Shown: one piece after another, positions 50,437 to 63,904 of the stretch | How positions within the stretch are numbered: position 1 is the stretch's first letter | Layout of the letters: the number at the start of each line of letters is the position of its first letter | Assembly: GCF_004010195.1 (NCBI RefSeq) | Contig: NC_057744.1 | Span: 9,376,658 to 9,440,657 of the forward strand | Origin: Chiloscyllium plagiosum | Lineage: Eukaryota | Direction of reading: 5' to 3' | DNA length: 64,000 nt | The notes under the pieces: model-generated | Databases searched by the model: none | The model's input: only the letters and a program-made list of their open reading frames with translations | What the model was told of the DNA's origin: nothing | Position numbers and translations under genes: made by a program

Positions 50437-52239
50437 GTCCAGGGCAAATGCCAGGATTTGTGCAGGGAGGCTGCAGACTGACGATTCTTGACCGAGTGTG
50501 CTGCAGAGTCCAAGAAATGCTGTTCACTTCCAGGATATCCGCTGAGTGGCAGGTTGTTGCAGGAATGGTGTGTGGTAAAATGGAGCTTGAATTGGACAAA
50601 AGGAATGCCATAGGGGTAGGTGAGTAGTTGATGTGCGTGTTTTAGTAAGACACAGCAGGAAAACCTACCATGCCTTGCAGCAAAAAACCTTCTAAAAATT
50701 TCAATGCAACTGGCACTTAGCCAAAGAAGTAAGATTCAATTCAAAGATTATTTTATAATGGCATTTCAATTCAACCCTGGAATCCTGTCACTTATTTTCT
50801 TCAATGCATTCTATTCTTTAAACAATTATCATCTGTCAAGCCAAATCATAACACAGATCTGGTGTATCCAGTGTTCTCATGACTAGGAACATAACACATT
50901 CACCACCTGGCTATCCAAATTTTAACAGTGTTTTGGCTGAAATAAATTATTTCAGCTGAAAACAGCCAAAAAAAACCCCATGCTTTGTGCGATCCCAGTC
51001 CACACAATATACAGATGTGTTGAATACCCAATAATGGTAATTCTGCTTCAAAATAATTTATTGCATATGAAGCATTTTGGGATATTTCTGAGAGATTAGT
51101 TTGAACTCTTTATATCATTTAGTGTGAATGCAATATACTCTTTGACTGCATTAATGCTCTTTTTGCCAATTGCTAGAGAGGGTGGGTGGTGAAGACTCAC
51201 CCAGGTGGGATTTCCACAATTGTTGGAACGATTGCTACATTTACTACTTATTGCTATGTTGATATTGGGTTTGGTATCTGTCCTTGATGGGGAATAGATT
51301 CATTAGCTCAGTAAAGTTCCAAGGTTGGTATTTCGACCAGAGACCTGTCAACTTGACTTGACAGTTTGTCGCTACATGCTGGATAAAGGCAGCATTATTC
51401 ATTCTCCTTCAATGAATTAATTTAGGTACTCTCCTTCTCAAAGATAATTCAAGCAATGCCAAACCATGGCTTCTGCTGTGATCTTTACAGGGGCAGGTTG
51501 AGGGAGCTGCCCTTAAATCTATTTCAGGTGGAACAGGACTCATAAGCAAACCCACTTCTGAACCACATGCTTACTATCAAGTCAACTGAGCCAGCCACGC
51601 CACCTTCCCAACTCCAGATCGGTTGAAGATTTGTAACGTGGGGCATTTTACTAATTGCCAACTGCTCACTTGAAGGAACAACACTCTGGGAAATAAAGTC
51701 ATGTAATCACATGCCCCTGATTCTCCAGATGTTTAAACAAAACAAAATGCAAAATGTTCTTCAAACAATAGAAATGTAGAATTTGGGATAATGGGAATAT
51801 TCAACACCATTCTGTGAAATACAATATTTACTTCTCTGGATGAAGTTGAGTGTACCACAGAAGCACTCATAATTCATTTCACTGCAAATTATTCTGTGGG
51901 AGTGATGTTGGTCTTCCGGGGCTGAACATTATCTTTTACTTAACCAAACAAGTAATGATTCACTGTATTGAAAATAATAATAACACATTCAATTAAATTG
52001 TCACCAACTGTACATCCACACAAAACCCGACATAAAAGCCAAAGAATGCATTAAGGCTGCAAATTAAATGTCCCTCCTCAAGCAGAATGGACCTCAGCAA
52101 TATTAGTTTGAGGCTGTCTAGAGTAATCCAGAATCTCTCAGAAAAGATATTCCTAGTTTTCCTGTCTCCCTGAATTCCTCTCCTTAGCCTTCACCCATCT
52201 CCAGTCTGTCATAGAAAGCAGATCTCGAAATGACACTTG

Positions 52240-52380
52240 AATAAAGGCAAAATACTGCAGATGCTGGAAATCTGAAATAAACACGGAGAGTGTTGTAGAA
52301 ACTCTGCAGGGCTGGCAGCAATGTGCAGAGAGGAACAAAGTTAACGCTTCGAGCCTGATATGACTCTTCTTCAAAACTGA
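52240..52380 (-). mobile_element. Penelope-like pseudo-LTR arm with degenerate hammerhead core
   Basis: aaatactgcagatgctggaaatctgaaataaa...; the minus strand reads ttgaagaagagtcatatcaggctcgaagcgttaac. Confidence 0.65.
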
Positions 52381-53567
52381 ATCAGTTGGAAATAATAAAC
52401 TGACATCAGAGATCATTGTAATTGATCTCACCCCTGATTCATTAGCAGATTGAATTCAGTCTCTTTCTAAAGAAACACTGTAGTAATGTCAAAAGTATCA
52501 GTAGATATCAAGCCCATTACAACACATCAATTAAAGGTTTGACCTTCTGACTATAAACATAACAAGGTAAATGAATGTATTTTATAATGTAATTATGATG
52601 CCCATGTAGTGATCAGATTTTATACCACAGCCCCACTGTGTCGTTGTCAACTTTCTGAAGCAGCTAGACACTTGGTCCCTCTCAGATTTCCTTTCCCCAT
52701 TCTTTTGTTGTTGTATGTGGTGCTGTATCTTCGTAAGCAGTCTGAATAGAGGCAAAGAGCTTTTCAAAGTAACCTTTATATACATGCTGTTAACTCTCTA
52801 CATTATAAATAAACATGTGGGCTGAGTCAGTGCTCCTTTTATCACATTCTCCTCATTCCCATGTACTCTTGACATCATCATGACATGGTTTCCTGTGTAA
52901 CATGCTTGGTAGCTAGTGGTAAAATTAACACTTTGCGATACACTCATAGCCTTTAAACATGTATTTTTCAAACATTTATCCAATTCCCTTTTAAGCACTA
53001 CAATGAAATCCTTGGTGTTTTTTGGTAAGGTATTCTGCAATAACTTGCTGCATTTTTTTATCCATCTAGTTTATCAATGCATTTTCTTCAGCAATAATCT
53101 AGAATTTAAGATATGTAGTTTCCAACTAGCAGACTGCATTGGAAAAATGGAATAAAGCAAATTTTCCCAAATACGAGTATGATATTGAAGCTGATACTGA
53201 TGATAGCAATCCATAACATATTAAGGAGTTTATTAATTAAAAGTGAGAAGCAGCTGGTATTACTTTTACAAATAAAATGTTTCTCATCGAGTCTCACTCC
53301 TGAAGAAGGGCTTAGCTATCTCAGTTGGCTGGATGGCTGGTTTGCAATGCTGAACAAACCCAACAGTGTACGTTCTTCAAGCCAATACAGGTCCTATTAT
53401 GAAAAGCAGTTGCTCTCAGAAGAAACTGTACTTAAAGAATATTGTTTGACACAGCCCATCTCTCCCCTTGCAGGTCTCAACAAGTCTGACATTGGCCAAA
53501 TTAGTCACCCATAACATTAAGACCAGTTGTCTCACCTACACTTCCTGAGACCATATAGCCAATTTTA

Positions 53568-53877
53568 GATTTAGATTTCTTACAGTGTGGAAACAGGCCC
53601 TTCGGCCCTACAAGTCCACACCGCCCCGCCGAAGCGCAACCCACCCATACCCCTACATTTACCCCTTACCTAACACTACGGGCAATTTAGCATGTCCAAT
53701 TCACCTGACCTGCACATCTTTGGACTGTGGGAGGAAACCGGAGCACCCGGAGGAAACCCACGCAGACACGGGGAGAACGTGCAAACTCCACACAGTCAGT
53801 CGCTTGAGGCGGGAATCGAACCCGGGTCTCGAGCGCTGTGAGGCAGCAGCGCTAACCACTGTGCCACCGTGCCGCCC
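53568..53877 (-). mobile_element. Full-length, apparently young HE1-type V-SINE
   Basis: Starts GGGCGGCACGGTGGCACAGTGGTTAGC with an intact B box GGTTCGATTCC and retained CpGs. Flanked by aatttta (53561-53567, 53881-53887). Confidence 0.94.
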
Positions 53878-54892
53878 ACAAATTTTATACTTTAAAATTT
53901 AACCTACTTCCCATTCCTCTTTCTTGTCCCACTGTCCTTTTCTCAGCCAACCAGGTGTCCCTGATTATCTTTCTATACCATATGGCTCTTATTATTTGTT
54001 CATGAAATGACCATGGTCTTTGCCATCCACAATATAATCTGCATATGAGTTCTACAGCATTCTGAGCCTGACAAATCTCATCATTGGAAGCAGTTCTTTC
54101 CTGTCACTGGTTTTAACGCTTTTGGCTGATCATTCACCATGTGATGGTGACAGAACAGAACTTATTGTTAGATTCCATCTTTCTCTCTCTCTCTCTCTCC
54201 CTACTCCTCAGTAAATGACTATGGTGTTACACAATTGTTCCACTTCAAACAGTGCATCAGAGTCACGGTGCCACAATCTGTTGGGGATATTTGCTGTTTG
54301 GTTAACACGTTTTCATGTAGTTTGGAGAATAAATACCAAAGGAAATTCATTCTAAGCTGATACTACATACAATGCAAGGAAGAAAGAACAGAAAACAAAA
54401 GAATATTGGGATGGGGAAAAGAGATGGAAAAAAATAGGTCAAACCTATATGATTATGCAGCTTCTGCAGATGTAACAAAATTGCATTGACTTTTTGCCAC
54501 TGATTGTTTTACTTACACTCTTTTACAGCTAATTTTAGTATGCTCTAACATCAGACTGAAGTTGTGCATTCTTATATTGTAACAACTGGAACAATAGGGG
54601 CTGACACACAGGGCCATTTTACTACATTGACGTGAGGATATTCAAAGGGAGCTGTATTGTCAAGAACTTCCTGTTTACATGAATCACAGTTGTGGCATTG
54701 CTGACAGCCGCAGTATCACAGAAATCTGAAAGATGGGTCCAGGCATATTGTGCTTGCTAGGGCGTTCAAAATAATCATTGTGTTTTATAGGTTTAGAGCC
54801 AGCATGTCAATCTGTAAATACAAACTGTATTGTAACAACTACAACAGAGTTGAATTGTTGAATACTGATGTGTTGGACTGGGATGGGTAATA

Positions 54893-55024
54893 TTAAAAAT
54901 CACACAACACCAGGTTATAGTCCAGCAGATTTATTTTGAAACACTAGCTTTTGGAGCACTGCTCCTTCAGGTGGTTGTGGAGCAGTGCTCCGAAAGCTAA
55001 TGTTTCCAAATAAACCTGTTGGAC
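54893..55024. repeat. Penelope-like fold-back with hammerhead half-cores
   Basis: 54920-54965 is inverted against 54979-55024. The arm contains ggagcagtgctcc-GAAA-gcta. Confidence 0.8.
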
Positions 55025-55270
55025 ACTGTGTCAGTACTGAACTTGCTAGTTTGTAAGCTTCACGATGAATACAATGAGATTTTCATATTATTGATGTAAC
55101 ATTGAATAATAAAGGCAATCAGCAAGTCATAAGCAAAAAGATTTCATCATTAGTAGTTCCGATAGTTTTATAAATAATAGCAAGTTTAATATTTATGGTC
55201 AGGTGTTTATTATTGGGGGAAGTGGCGGGGTAATGGGATTGTTACTGGTCCTGGTAATTCAAAGGCACTC

Positions 55271-55404
55271 ATGTACAACCGTAAATTTGTATGCCTGGCT
55301 CTGTTCACCCTTTGTATGTCCTTGTATGTTATGATCTGCCTGTACTGCACGCAAAACAAACCTTTTCACTGTACTGATATACATGTGACAACAATAAATC
55401 AAAT
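55271..55404 (+). mobile_element. 3' tail of a different non-LTR element (Rex1/L2-like)
   Basis: ...gcaaaacaaaccttttcactgtac...acatgtgacaacaataaatcaaat directly abuts the next CR1. Confidence 0.5.
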
Positions 55405-56452
55405 TGTGGAGGGTTATTTTTCAGACTGGAGGCCTGTGACCAGTGGAGTGCCACAAGAATTAGTGCTGGGTCCCCTGCTTTTCATCATTTATATAAATGA
55501 TTTGGATGTGAGCATAAGAGATATAGTTAGTAATTTTGTAGATGACACCAAAATTGGAAGTGTAGTGGACAGCGAAGAAGGTTACCTCAGATTACAATGG
55601 GATCTTGATCAAATGGGCCAAGGGACTGAGGAGTGGCTGATGGAGTTTAATTTAGATCAATGCAAGGTGCTGCATTTTGAGAAAACAAACCTTAGCAGGT
55701 CTTACACATTTAATGGTAAGGTCCTAGGGAGTGCTGCTGAGCAAAGATACCTTGGAGTGCAGGTTAATGGCTCCTTGAAAGTGGAGTCACAGGTAGATAG
55801 GATAGTGCAGAAGCTGTTTGGTATGCTTTCCTTTATTGGTCAGAGTATTGAGTACAGAGGTTGGGAGGTCATGTTACAGGACATTGGTTAGGTCACTGTT
55901 GGAATATTGCGTGCAATTCTGGTCTCCTTCCTATCAGAAAGATGTTGTGAAACTTGAAAGGGTTCAGAAAAGATTGACAAGGATGTTGCCAGGGTTGGAG
56001 GATTTGAGCTACAGGGAGAGGTTGAATAGACTGGGGCTGTTTCCTCCGGTGTGTCGGAGGCTGAGGGTTAACTCTTATAGATATTTATAAAATCATGAGG
56101 GGCATGGAGAGGATAAATAGACAAAGTATTTTCCCTGAGGTCGGGGAGTCCAGAACTAGAGACCATAGGTTTAGGGTGAGAGGGGAAAGATATAAAAGAG
56201 ACCTAAGGGGCAACCTTATCACACAGAGGGTGGTATGTGTATGGAACGAGCTGCCAGAGGAAGTGGTGTAGGCTGGTACATTTGCAACATTTAAAAGGCA
56301 TTTGGATGGGTATATGAATAGGAAGTGTTTGGAGGGACATGGGTTGGGTGCTAGCAGATGGGACTAGATTGTGTTGGGATATCTGTTCCGCATGGACGGG
56401 TTGGATCAAAGGGTCTGTCTCCGTGCTTTACATCTCTATGACTCTGTGACTC
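55405..56452 (+). mobile_element. CR1-clade LINE 3' part
   Basis: SDWRPVTSGVPQ, FVDDTK and LLEYCVQFWSP motifs; ctatgactctgtgactct tail. Confidence 0.93.
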
Positions 56453-59400
56453 TAAATAATCGTTTTGTTCAAATTCCAAAATGCCATCCATGGAATTTAA
56501 ATTCAATTTATAAATCTGGAATTCTACACCAGTGGTACCATTGTTGGTTGTCATTTTAAAAACCCTTAGGTTCACTAATGCCATCTAATCCATTTTTGGA
56601 ACTCAGGACTCATTGCAATATGGTTGACTCTGATATGGCTAAGCAATCCATTTAGTTCAAGGGCAATTACAGATGGGAAACAAATGTAGATCTTTCCAAC
56701 AATATCCACATCCCATGTAAGAGAAAGGAAAGGATTAATTCATGATATTTTCTTTACGTGAAGGTTACGAGATGGTGAAATATTGGGGCTGAAAATACCA
56801 TCTGACTAAAACAAAAGATTTTCATAAGTCTTTTTTCTGCAAACACATATAAAGCCTACATGATCAGAGCCTCAATTAATTTATAATCCCACAAAAGTTT
56901 ACAAATCATTTCAAATACCTACATAAGGGAAAGAACAATCATAGGATACCAAAAGGTAACTGAAAGAAGAGTTCATATGCATTACATGTAGAACATAGAG
57001 GCTGAAGTATGCAACATACTGGAATACCACCACAGTGCACCCCAGAAAGATTCATCTCATAATTTGCAGCACACTTGAGTTTGTCTCATAACCTGTGCCC
57101 ATTTGAGAAGCTGGAGAACAAAGAACTCTCTTCTTCTTGGGCAGATAAGGGAAATGAGAGAATGAATCATCCCTGCCCTCATCGTGTGCACCTCCCTGTA
57201 GCAGTTAGTTTTACACCGGCTTTTGTGAGTCCTGAAGCAACCTGTCAGGTATGTAAATCAGATTAGCAATATGACTGAGTAAGGCACAAATACCTTCAAC
57301 AAAATGAATCTCACCGCCAAGGGGGTTTGCTACATAGAAAATTTTATAATTCACAATATTTCATTCTTTTTTAATTGTACATTTGGTCTAAGGACTATCC
57401 ATATCACACAACCTGAATTTGTTTCTTTTAAAAGGTCAATATTACAAAACATGTCAAGAGATTTTCCTAATCAACATCCTTGTCCCCACCTCAATACCTG
57501 CCTCTGCTTTGCTCCCCAGTCTTCACTTCCCAACCCTTGCATCTTCCTGAACGATTAATGCACAGACCCAGGACCCTATTTGTCCCAAACCTTTGATTGA
57601 CTTTGATGAATAGCCCCTACACACGACAGAGTACACTCCTGACCGCTATGTTTGCCATTCCCTGCACGATGATGCATGATTGCCCAGACTGATCGTGGCA
57701 GCCATACAGGACTGACCATGCCCACTCCTTGGATTATAGCTGGACATAGGCCTTGACTGTGCCTAACCAGAGTAGGTACTGACTGCAGCCAGGTGCCTGG
57801 TCTGTGTGCAGACTGTACCAGTGACTGATATTACCAGGACTACCTGACAGTGGAATCCCCCTCCCCCAAATGGACGAAGGATTAGACCCCACTCCCATTT
57901 TCCAACATGGCCATTTGGTTGAATAAACATGCAGAGTGTTTGCCGCATGACACGGCTCATGCTGTAAATGCTGTAAAATTGACATCTTGGTGCACCATAA
58001 AACACCGCCCACCGTCCCACAGAGATCTTTACTGACAAGCAACCTGTCTGTGTGACTGCGCACAAGAGCATGTCGATACGGCAATGTTGAGAGCCTTTAG
58101 GGTCCCGCTGAAACACCAGCATGCTAACAGGAATAGCAAAGCAAGGCAAGGTGTGGAAGCAGCAAGTATGCAGGTAGGTGCTCAGTGGATAAACGCAAAA
58201 TGACCAAATAAGCAGTCCTCACATGCATCTTGGTCCAATCAATGTGCTGGGTTCCTGGCCCTGTGCATAAAGCCGTTCAACATTAGTTAATGTTGCTCGA
58301 TGTGAAGCAGATTTGTGCTTCCTAAACAATCTGCCATTGGATCAGACAGATGCCGTGAGGACCATGAGGCGTTTGTAAGTGTCAGATGCCAATATCTGTG
58401 TGTGTGGCTGGTGGCCATTGACTGAGTTGCTGATACATACTGAACAACATGGAGACTCCTCAGAGCTAGCTGTGAACTGAAGTCAACAAATATCTACTCT
58501 GACTTCCACATCACGATTGTTCAGTATATTTAAAACAGAAAACTGCAAACGAATGAGACAAGATCTGCAGTTAATAAAATATTTTAGATGGAATTGGTAT
58601 AATTGGCAACTAGCTGTTGCCTAGTGATAAACACACCTCGCAGTTGGCAGATTCATAAAAGGAGCACTGAGTTACTTCCAATGTTGAGATAGGCCTCTCC
58701 AGACATCAAACCTGATTCTGCCATAAATCCCACCATAGCGCACATCGTTCAGGCCCCTATAAGACTCTTCCTGAGGTCACTCATGATTAACTGAGGTGAC
58801 ACTAAGCTTGCATTTCCAAAACTTGTCAGATATAAATAGAACTCCTTGTTGTTGAAAGCATTGTTGAGGGAATTTCTACCATTTTGAACTCCTGGCAAAT
58901 TTTGAGTTTGAGTAGAAGATGAGGTCACAATGTTGATGCAGGGACAGGGAAGCATGTATTGGGTACATTTGAAGCTTAGCAGGAAAGCAAGTGGAAAATT
59001 CTACGGATACAAGGAAGCTTATAATTAAAAGAGGATGCTAAAAGTTAGAGAAAGATTCTTTTATTCCTTTATGATGTATGTTTGCCTCCAACATAGTGTC
59101 CGGGTTAATATTAAACTAATAGATCACAACATAACAGTGTGCTCCAGTTACATGTCATGCTTAAACTGGTCTTGGGTAAGATAGATTATGAGACTTCTAT
59201 AGCTTCTGATCACAAGCTATGCTATCAGCAGCTTGTCTTGTAAAGGTATACTGACATACTGACCGCAAGACACATCTTCCACTTTTGAACATAATACAAC
59301 GTTGGATTCAGTTGGATGAGACATCCCAGAAAGTTCACATTAATATTCGGAACATATACTGTCACTTTGTGGCACAAAACATTGAGATAAAAATAAATAT

Positions 59401-60879
59401 CTCCATTATACAAACTTCTTACTAATATGAATCCTGTGAACCTGTTAGATTAATTAATTTAAAACAATTTCCTTTAAAATATATGATGACATTGTTAGGT
59501 AATTAAAGTTCTGAGTAGAAAAAAACACAGTGATATAAATTCCTGGTGTAATGAACACTCAGGAAGACCACCTTTTCCCAACAGAATTAAATTCATTTTG
59601 AAAACAAAGTCTAATGTCAATAGATTTTCTTGCTGTTGCCAGGGAGGTTAGGGATTTATAACGCAAACTATGCAACATAGCCAGGTTATGATTGCATTAA
59701 TAAATATTTTAAAATCCTGACTTAATGTGACAATTTCAGCACAAATGGTTCAAGAGAATCCTTGATGATTGTTGGGAATGAGCTTGGAGGTGGGAAGGTC
59801 ATTTATTAAGGCAGGATAGTTTCATCCCAAACCACACTACCTTCTTGTATCTGCCAAAATTAAGGCTCAACTTTCTTTTTTTTATAATATCTAATACCTA
59901 AAAGAGCACTTACACACAACTGAATGTTTTTCGTTACTTTTCTTTCATTATCTAATCACCCATGGTACTTTCTCATCTATTCACTACCACCAGTGAATCA
60001 CTTGTATTCTTTAATTGATTAATTTGCATGCAAAAATTAAGCCAATGCAGACTACCAAAGGTGATGGAGAGGTAGAGAGAGGGGGATTCAACACTCAACA
60101 CTGTGCCATCCAGTGACCACTTAAGAGTTTCAATCCATCAGAGAAGAGATGAACCGGTGGCATATGGTATGCTAACATCTTGTCACATCTGGGTGGGGGA
60201 TGGTTCTTTGATCAAACATATTCAATGCCTTACTGACCGTCAGGAACCAGGGGCCTACAGCGAGCCAACTTCCTGCCCTTGCTGCCAACCCACTCACATT
60301 GCATCTCATGATCCCCATTTTAAAAACACCAACCCCTCACCTATCCACATTACTTACCTGTGCAATCATGGGACTCCACTCAATGTGCTTTCATCTGCAG
60401 CCAGAGCCTCGCACAAGAGTTACCCAGCAGCTCTTGATATGTGGAACTCCTAACCTGACCACTCCTCAGTCTCCAGGGACTTGATTCTAGGATACTACCA
60501 CCAGTCGACACTACTGAAAGGTTTGTGGTTTGTGGGTCTCTTACCAACTGTATAGTTACCAGTCACTAGCCAACGACATCTCAACAAGATTTCACTCTGT
60601 CAATTCTACAAATAATGAAGCTCCCTCACCTATTCTGGGTAAATAAATTCTTTTTTAAAAGAAAGGAATTCCTGCACTGATGTAAAACAAAGCCCTTTAT
60701 GTAAATGTAACCAAGGCAACGGCCTCCATAGTTGCCTTACTCACCCGGTGGTATGTCCCTCTGTGGAAACCAAGCATTTATTCCAAAACTGACTTTGATC
60801 AAAACTGGTGTTTGCTCTTCTTGTTCACATATACTGCTCATACTGCCCTTATACATAGTTAAATTATGTACTACATACA

Positions 60880-61368
60880 AACATAAAACATAGAATAGTA
60901 CAGTACAGGACACACCCTTTGGCCCACTGTCTGTGCTGGCCATGGTGATATTCTAAACTAGCCCCATCTGCTTACATTTGGTCCAAATCCTTCTATTCCC
61001 TGCCTGATCATGTGTCTGTCCAAATGCCTCTTAGACTTTGCTAACATTTCTGCTTCTTCTACCTCCCCTGGCAGCACCTACCAGGCTCCTACCATCCTCT
61101 GTATAAAAAAACCTTCCTTTAAACTTCCCCTCTCACCTTAAATGTCATGATTCAGAGCTCCGAAAGTTAGTGTGCTTCCAATTAAACCTGTTGGACTATA
61201 ACCTGGTGTTGTGTGATTTTTAACTTTGTACACCTTAAATGTATACACCCTGGTATTTGACATTTCCACACCAGGAAAGAGATTCCAACCATCCACACTA
61301 CTCATACTCTCATAATACAGTACTTCTATCAGGTTGCCCCTGAGCCTCAGACACTCTAGGGAAAACAT
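60880..61368 (-). mobile_element. CR1-group LINE 3' end with a Penelope-like piece inserted at about 61145-61232
   Basis: FSLECLRLRGNLIEV in minus ORF 61138..61368; tail acataaaacatagaatagtacagtacagg. Confidence 0.8.
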
Positions 61369-63904
61369 GATCTACAATAAGCCCAAATCTTAAAATCTAT
61401 TTGTTTCTTCACTAAAATCATGCTACTTTTATAGGGATAAAACTGACATTCTGTCCATAATATCCAGCGTGCAGATGAATAGCCTTCTTGAGCTTCCTAC
61501 TTGATGTCAGATCCAAAACTACAACCTCCCCCATTGATAACATAAGGTAGCAGGGCCTGAATCCACACCAGACGGAACAGGGATTGAACCATGGACTGTC
61601 GGCACCAATCTGATTCACCGCAACCAGTCAGGACAACCAATCACACAAAGGGATTCAAGTTGCAGTGGCAACACGGACATTGTAGTCCAGAGCTATGCAT
61701 ACTGATAGCAGAGACTCTAATTTACTTTCTGTTTGGCCAGTAATCTCACCTGCTCTGACTGCCTTCCATTGGAATGTGTTGGAATGATTTACAATTGATA
61801 CTCAATCTGTTTGACTATATAATGGATGCATCTTCCTTGGGGGAATTCTTACCAACTCCTGGAGTTGGACTTAAACCCAGAGCTTCTGGCTCAGAGGCAG
61901 GGACATTACCCACTGCACCACTAGATCTCCCATTTGTACATGATAGAATGTCACAAATTGTAGCATCTCAAGTCATCAGAGGAAATTCAGTCTGCTCCGG
62001 TAAACAAAGTAATTTTGCATTGAAACATATAAACTGTACAATATTGTGAACTGAGTAAATTAGAAACGCAGTGGGAACTTCATTATACCTTACAGCATTG
62101 AAGGCCACCATTTGCCTCTTGTTCTTCTGCTGACTCTTTGGAAAAATAAACCAGAAATCAGATTCCCCTGTTCTTTTCAATACCCTACAAAGTTTTTTTT
62201 AATCTTTATAAAATTCCCTGTTGAACACTACTACTGAATCTGCTTCCAATATCTTTTCAAGCAACGCATTTCAGATCATAACAGCTTTCTTTATAAAAGA
62301 ATTCTCCCTATCTACACTTTGATTCCATTGTCAAATATCTTACAACTTTTGTCCTTTGGCAAACCAACCTTCTGCTGGTGAAAACAGTTTCTATTATTTA
62401 CTATATTAATAAATATGTTTGATAATCTTGAACATCTCCATTAAATCACCTCTTAACCTTTTCTGCTGTAAGTACAACAGCAATTTCACCAATTTCACTA
62501 ATTTTTCCATATAACTAAATACCTTTATCCATGTTTTAATTCTAGTAAAGGTTTTAAAGTACAGCTACGACACTAGCGTTTACCTGACAACATGCAAAAC
62601 TGTTCAGCTATGTCCCGTCTGCAAAAAAAGCATGGCAAAGTCCAATCCCACCAAAAACCACCCCATCAATCTTCCCCAAATCATCAGCAAAATAATGGAA
62701 GGTGTTACTCCTGGTGCTATTAAATGGCAATTAATTAGGAACAGCCTGCTCACCAATGATCAGTTGTGTTCAACCAAGGCTACTCAGCTCCAGACTTCAT
62801 AACAGGTCCAAATATGGTCAAAATTGCTGAGTTCAAGGTAGCAATGATTGTTCCATAGCATGAAGGCAGCATTTCACCAAGTATGGCATCAACTTCTTGG
62901 GTGCGGTTGAAGATAGGCCATAAATGCTGTGATTGCCCATGATGTACAGATTAGAAAAATTAATTTTTAAAAATCTTTTCTGCATCCTCTTCACAGCCTT
63001 GCAATGATCCTAAGATATTATAAAGTATAATGCTAAGCATTAAATCCCTATATCTGCACATATTTAAAAGGGAAAGATGTGTCAGTTTGTTTGTTCACAA
63101 ATGGTTTAGAGGTGTTTGAGTCATTTGCAAACAAAGGTGGTGGGACAATACCTTGGAGCAAAGGGCAATCGTCAGGGAGTTCGCACCTAACACCTACACT
63201 GAAAGGGTAAAGCCTCTGTTTCTTGGCAGGGGATGTCACAGCCCTATCTACACTGTTCACCACAGACATCATAAATCAGGTATGCTTTAAACATCATTTT
63301 CCACAGAAACTAAGAAAGAGTGTGACAACTCCTTCTTCTAAATACAGACATCTTTTCTTATTTCACTGATGTCTTTTCTCAACTTGATTTGTTTCGTGTA
63401 TGTTATGTTCTGAGACACAACATGATAAACCCGTGATACCTACCATTTACAGACACATACTATCTGCTCCTCCAAGCCACTTGGCAACATAGTTTGGAAA
63501 TATTTTGCTGTTCTTACACTGCTGTTGGGTCAAAATCATGAATTTCCTTTCCAAATAGAACTGTAGGCGTACCTAACTGCAGATACTGCAGGAGTTCAGG
63601 AAGGCATTTCAAGTCTATCAGTGTAATTACGGATGGGCAATAAATACTTTCCCAGCCAACATCCACAACCCATGAATGGATATTTTTTTAAAAAGCAACA
63701 GGCAGGAGGCAGTGGCAAGAAAGGTGAGCAAGCTAGAGTGTAAAGCTACGATATTGACAGAAAGTGATAGACAGCATTTAGGGAAAGAGGAGATGAAGAG
63801 ACTTGACAGAGAATGCAAGAACCAAAGCTGCAAGTAGGAGACCAATACTTTTTAAGGAAGCATTAGTCTATCCTCCTTATCATTATTATGAATTAATGAT
63901 GGCA

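Larger units (their letters stand above)
48541..50742 (-). mobile_element. Putative decayed Harbinger/PIF DNA transposon
   Basis: Left end taa|gggcagaatctta; partial inverted match taagattc.... at 50730-50742. Contains a Myb/SANT-like gene remnant. Ends are tentative. Confidence 0.4.

Noticed and set aside
53800-53877. tRNA-like sequence
   Set aside because: It is the tRNA-derived head of a SINE continuing into the V-core, not a tRNA gene.
53585-53902. Recurrent MWKQALRP.../DCGRKPEHPEETHAD ORFs (also at 7899, 25570 and 35648)
   Set aside because: Antisense translations of HE1-type SINEs, not a gene family.
55271-55891. 206-aa ORF with a hydrophobic N-terminus
   Set aside because: A chance fusion of a LINE 3' tail with CR1 RT sequence; the RT motif is mutated (FVDD).
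60060-60270. Possible Harbinger transposase core remnants (KHIQCLTDRQ resembling RFRCLDRS)
   Set aside because: Too few matching residues to support by eye; a profile search is needed.
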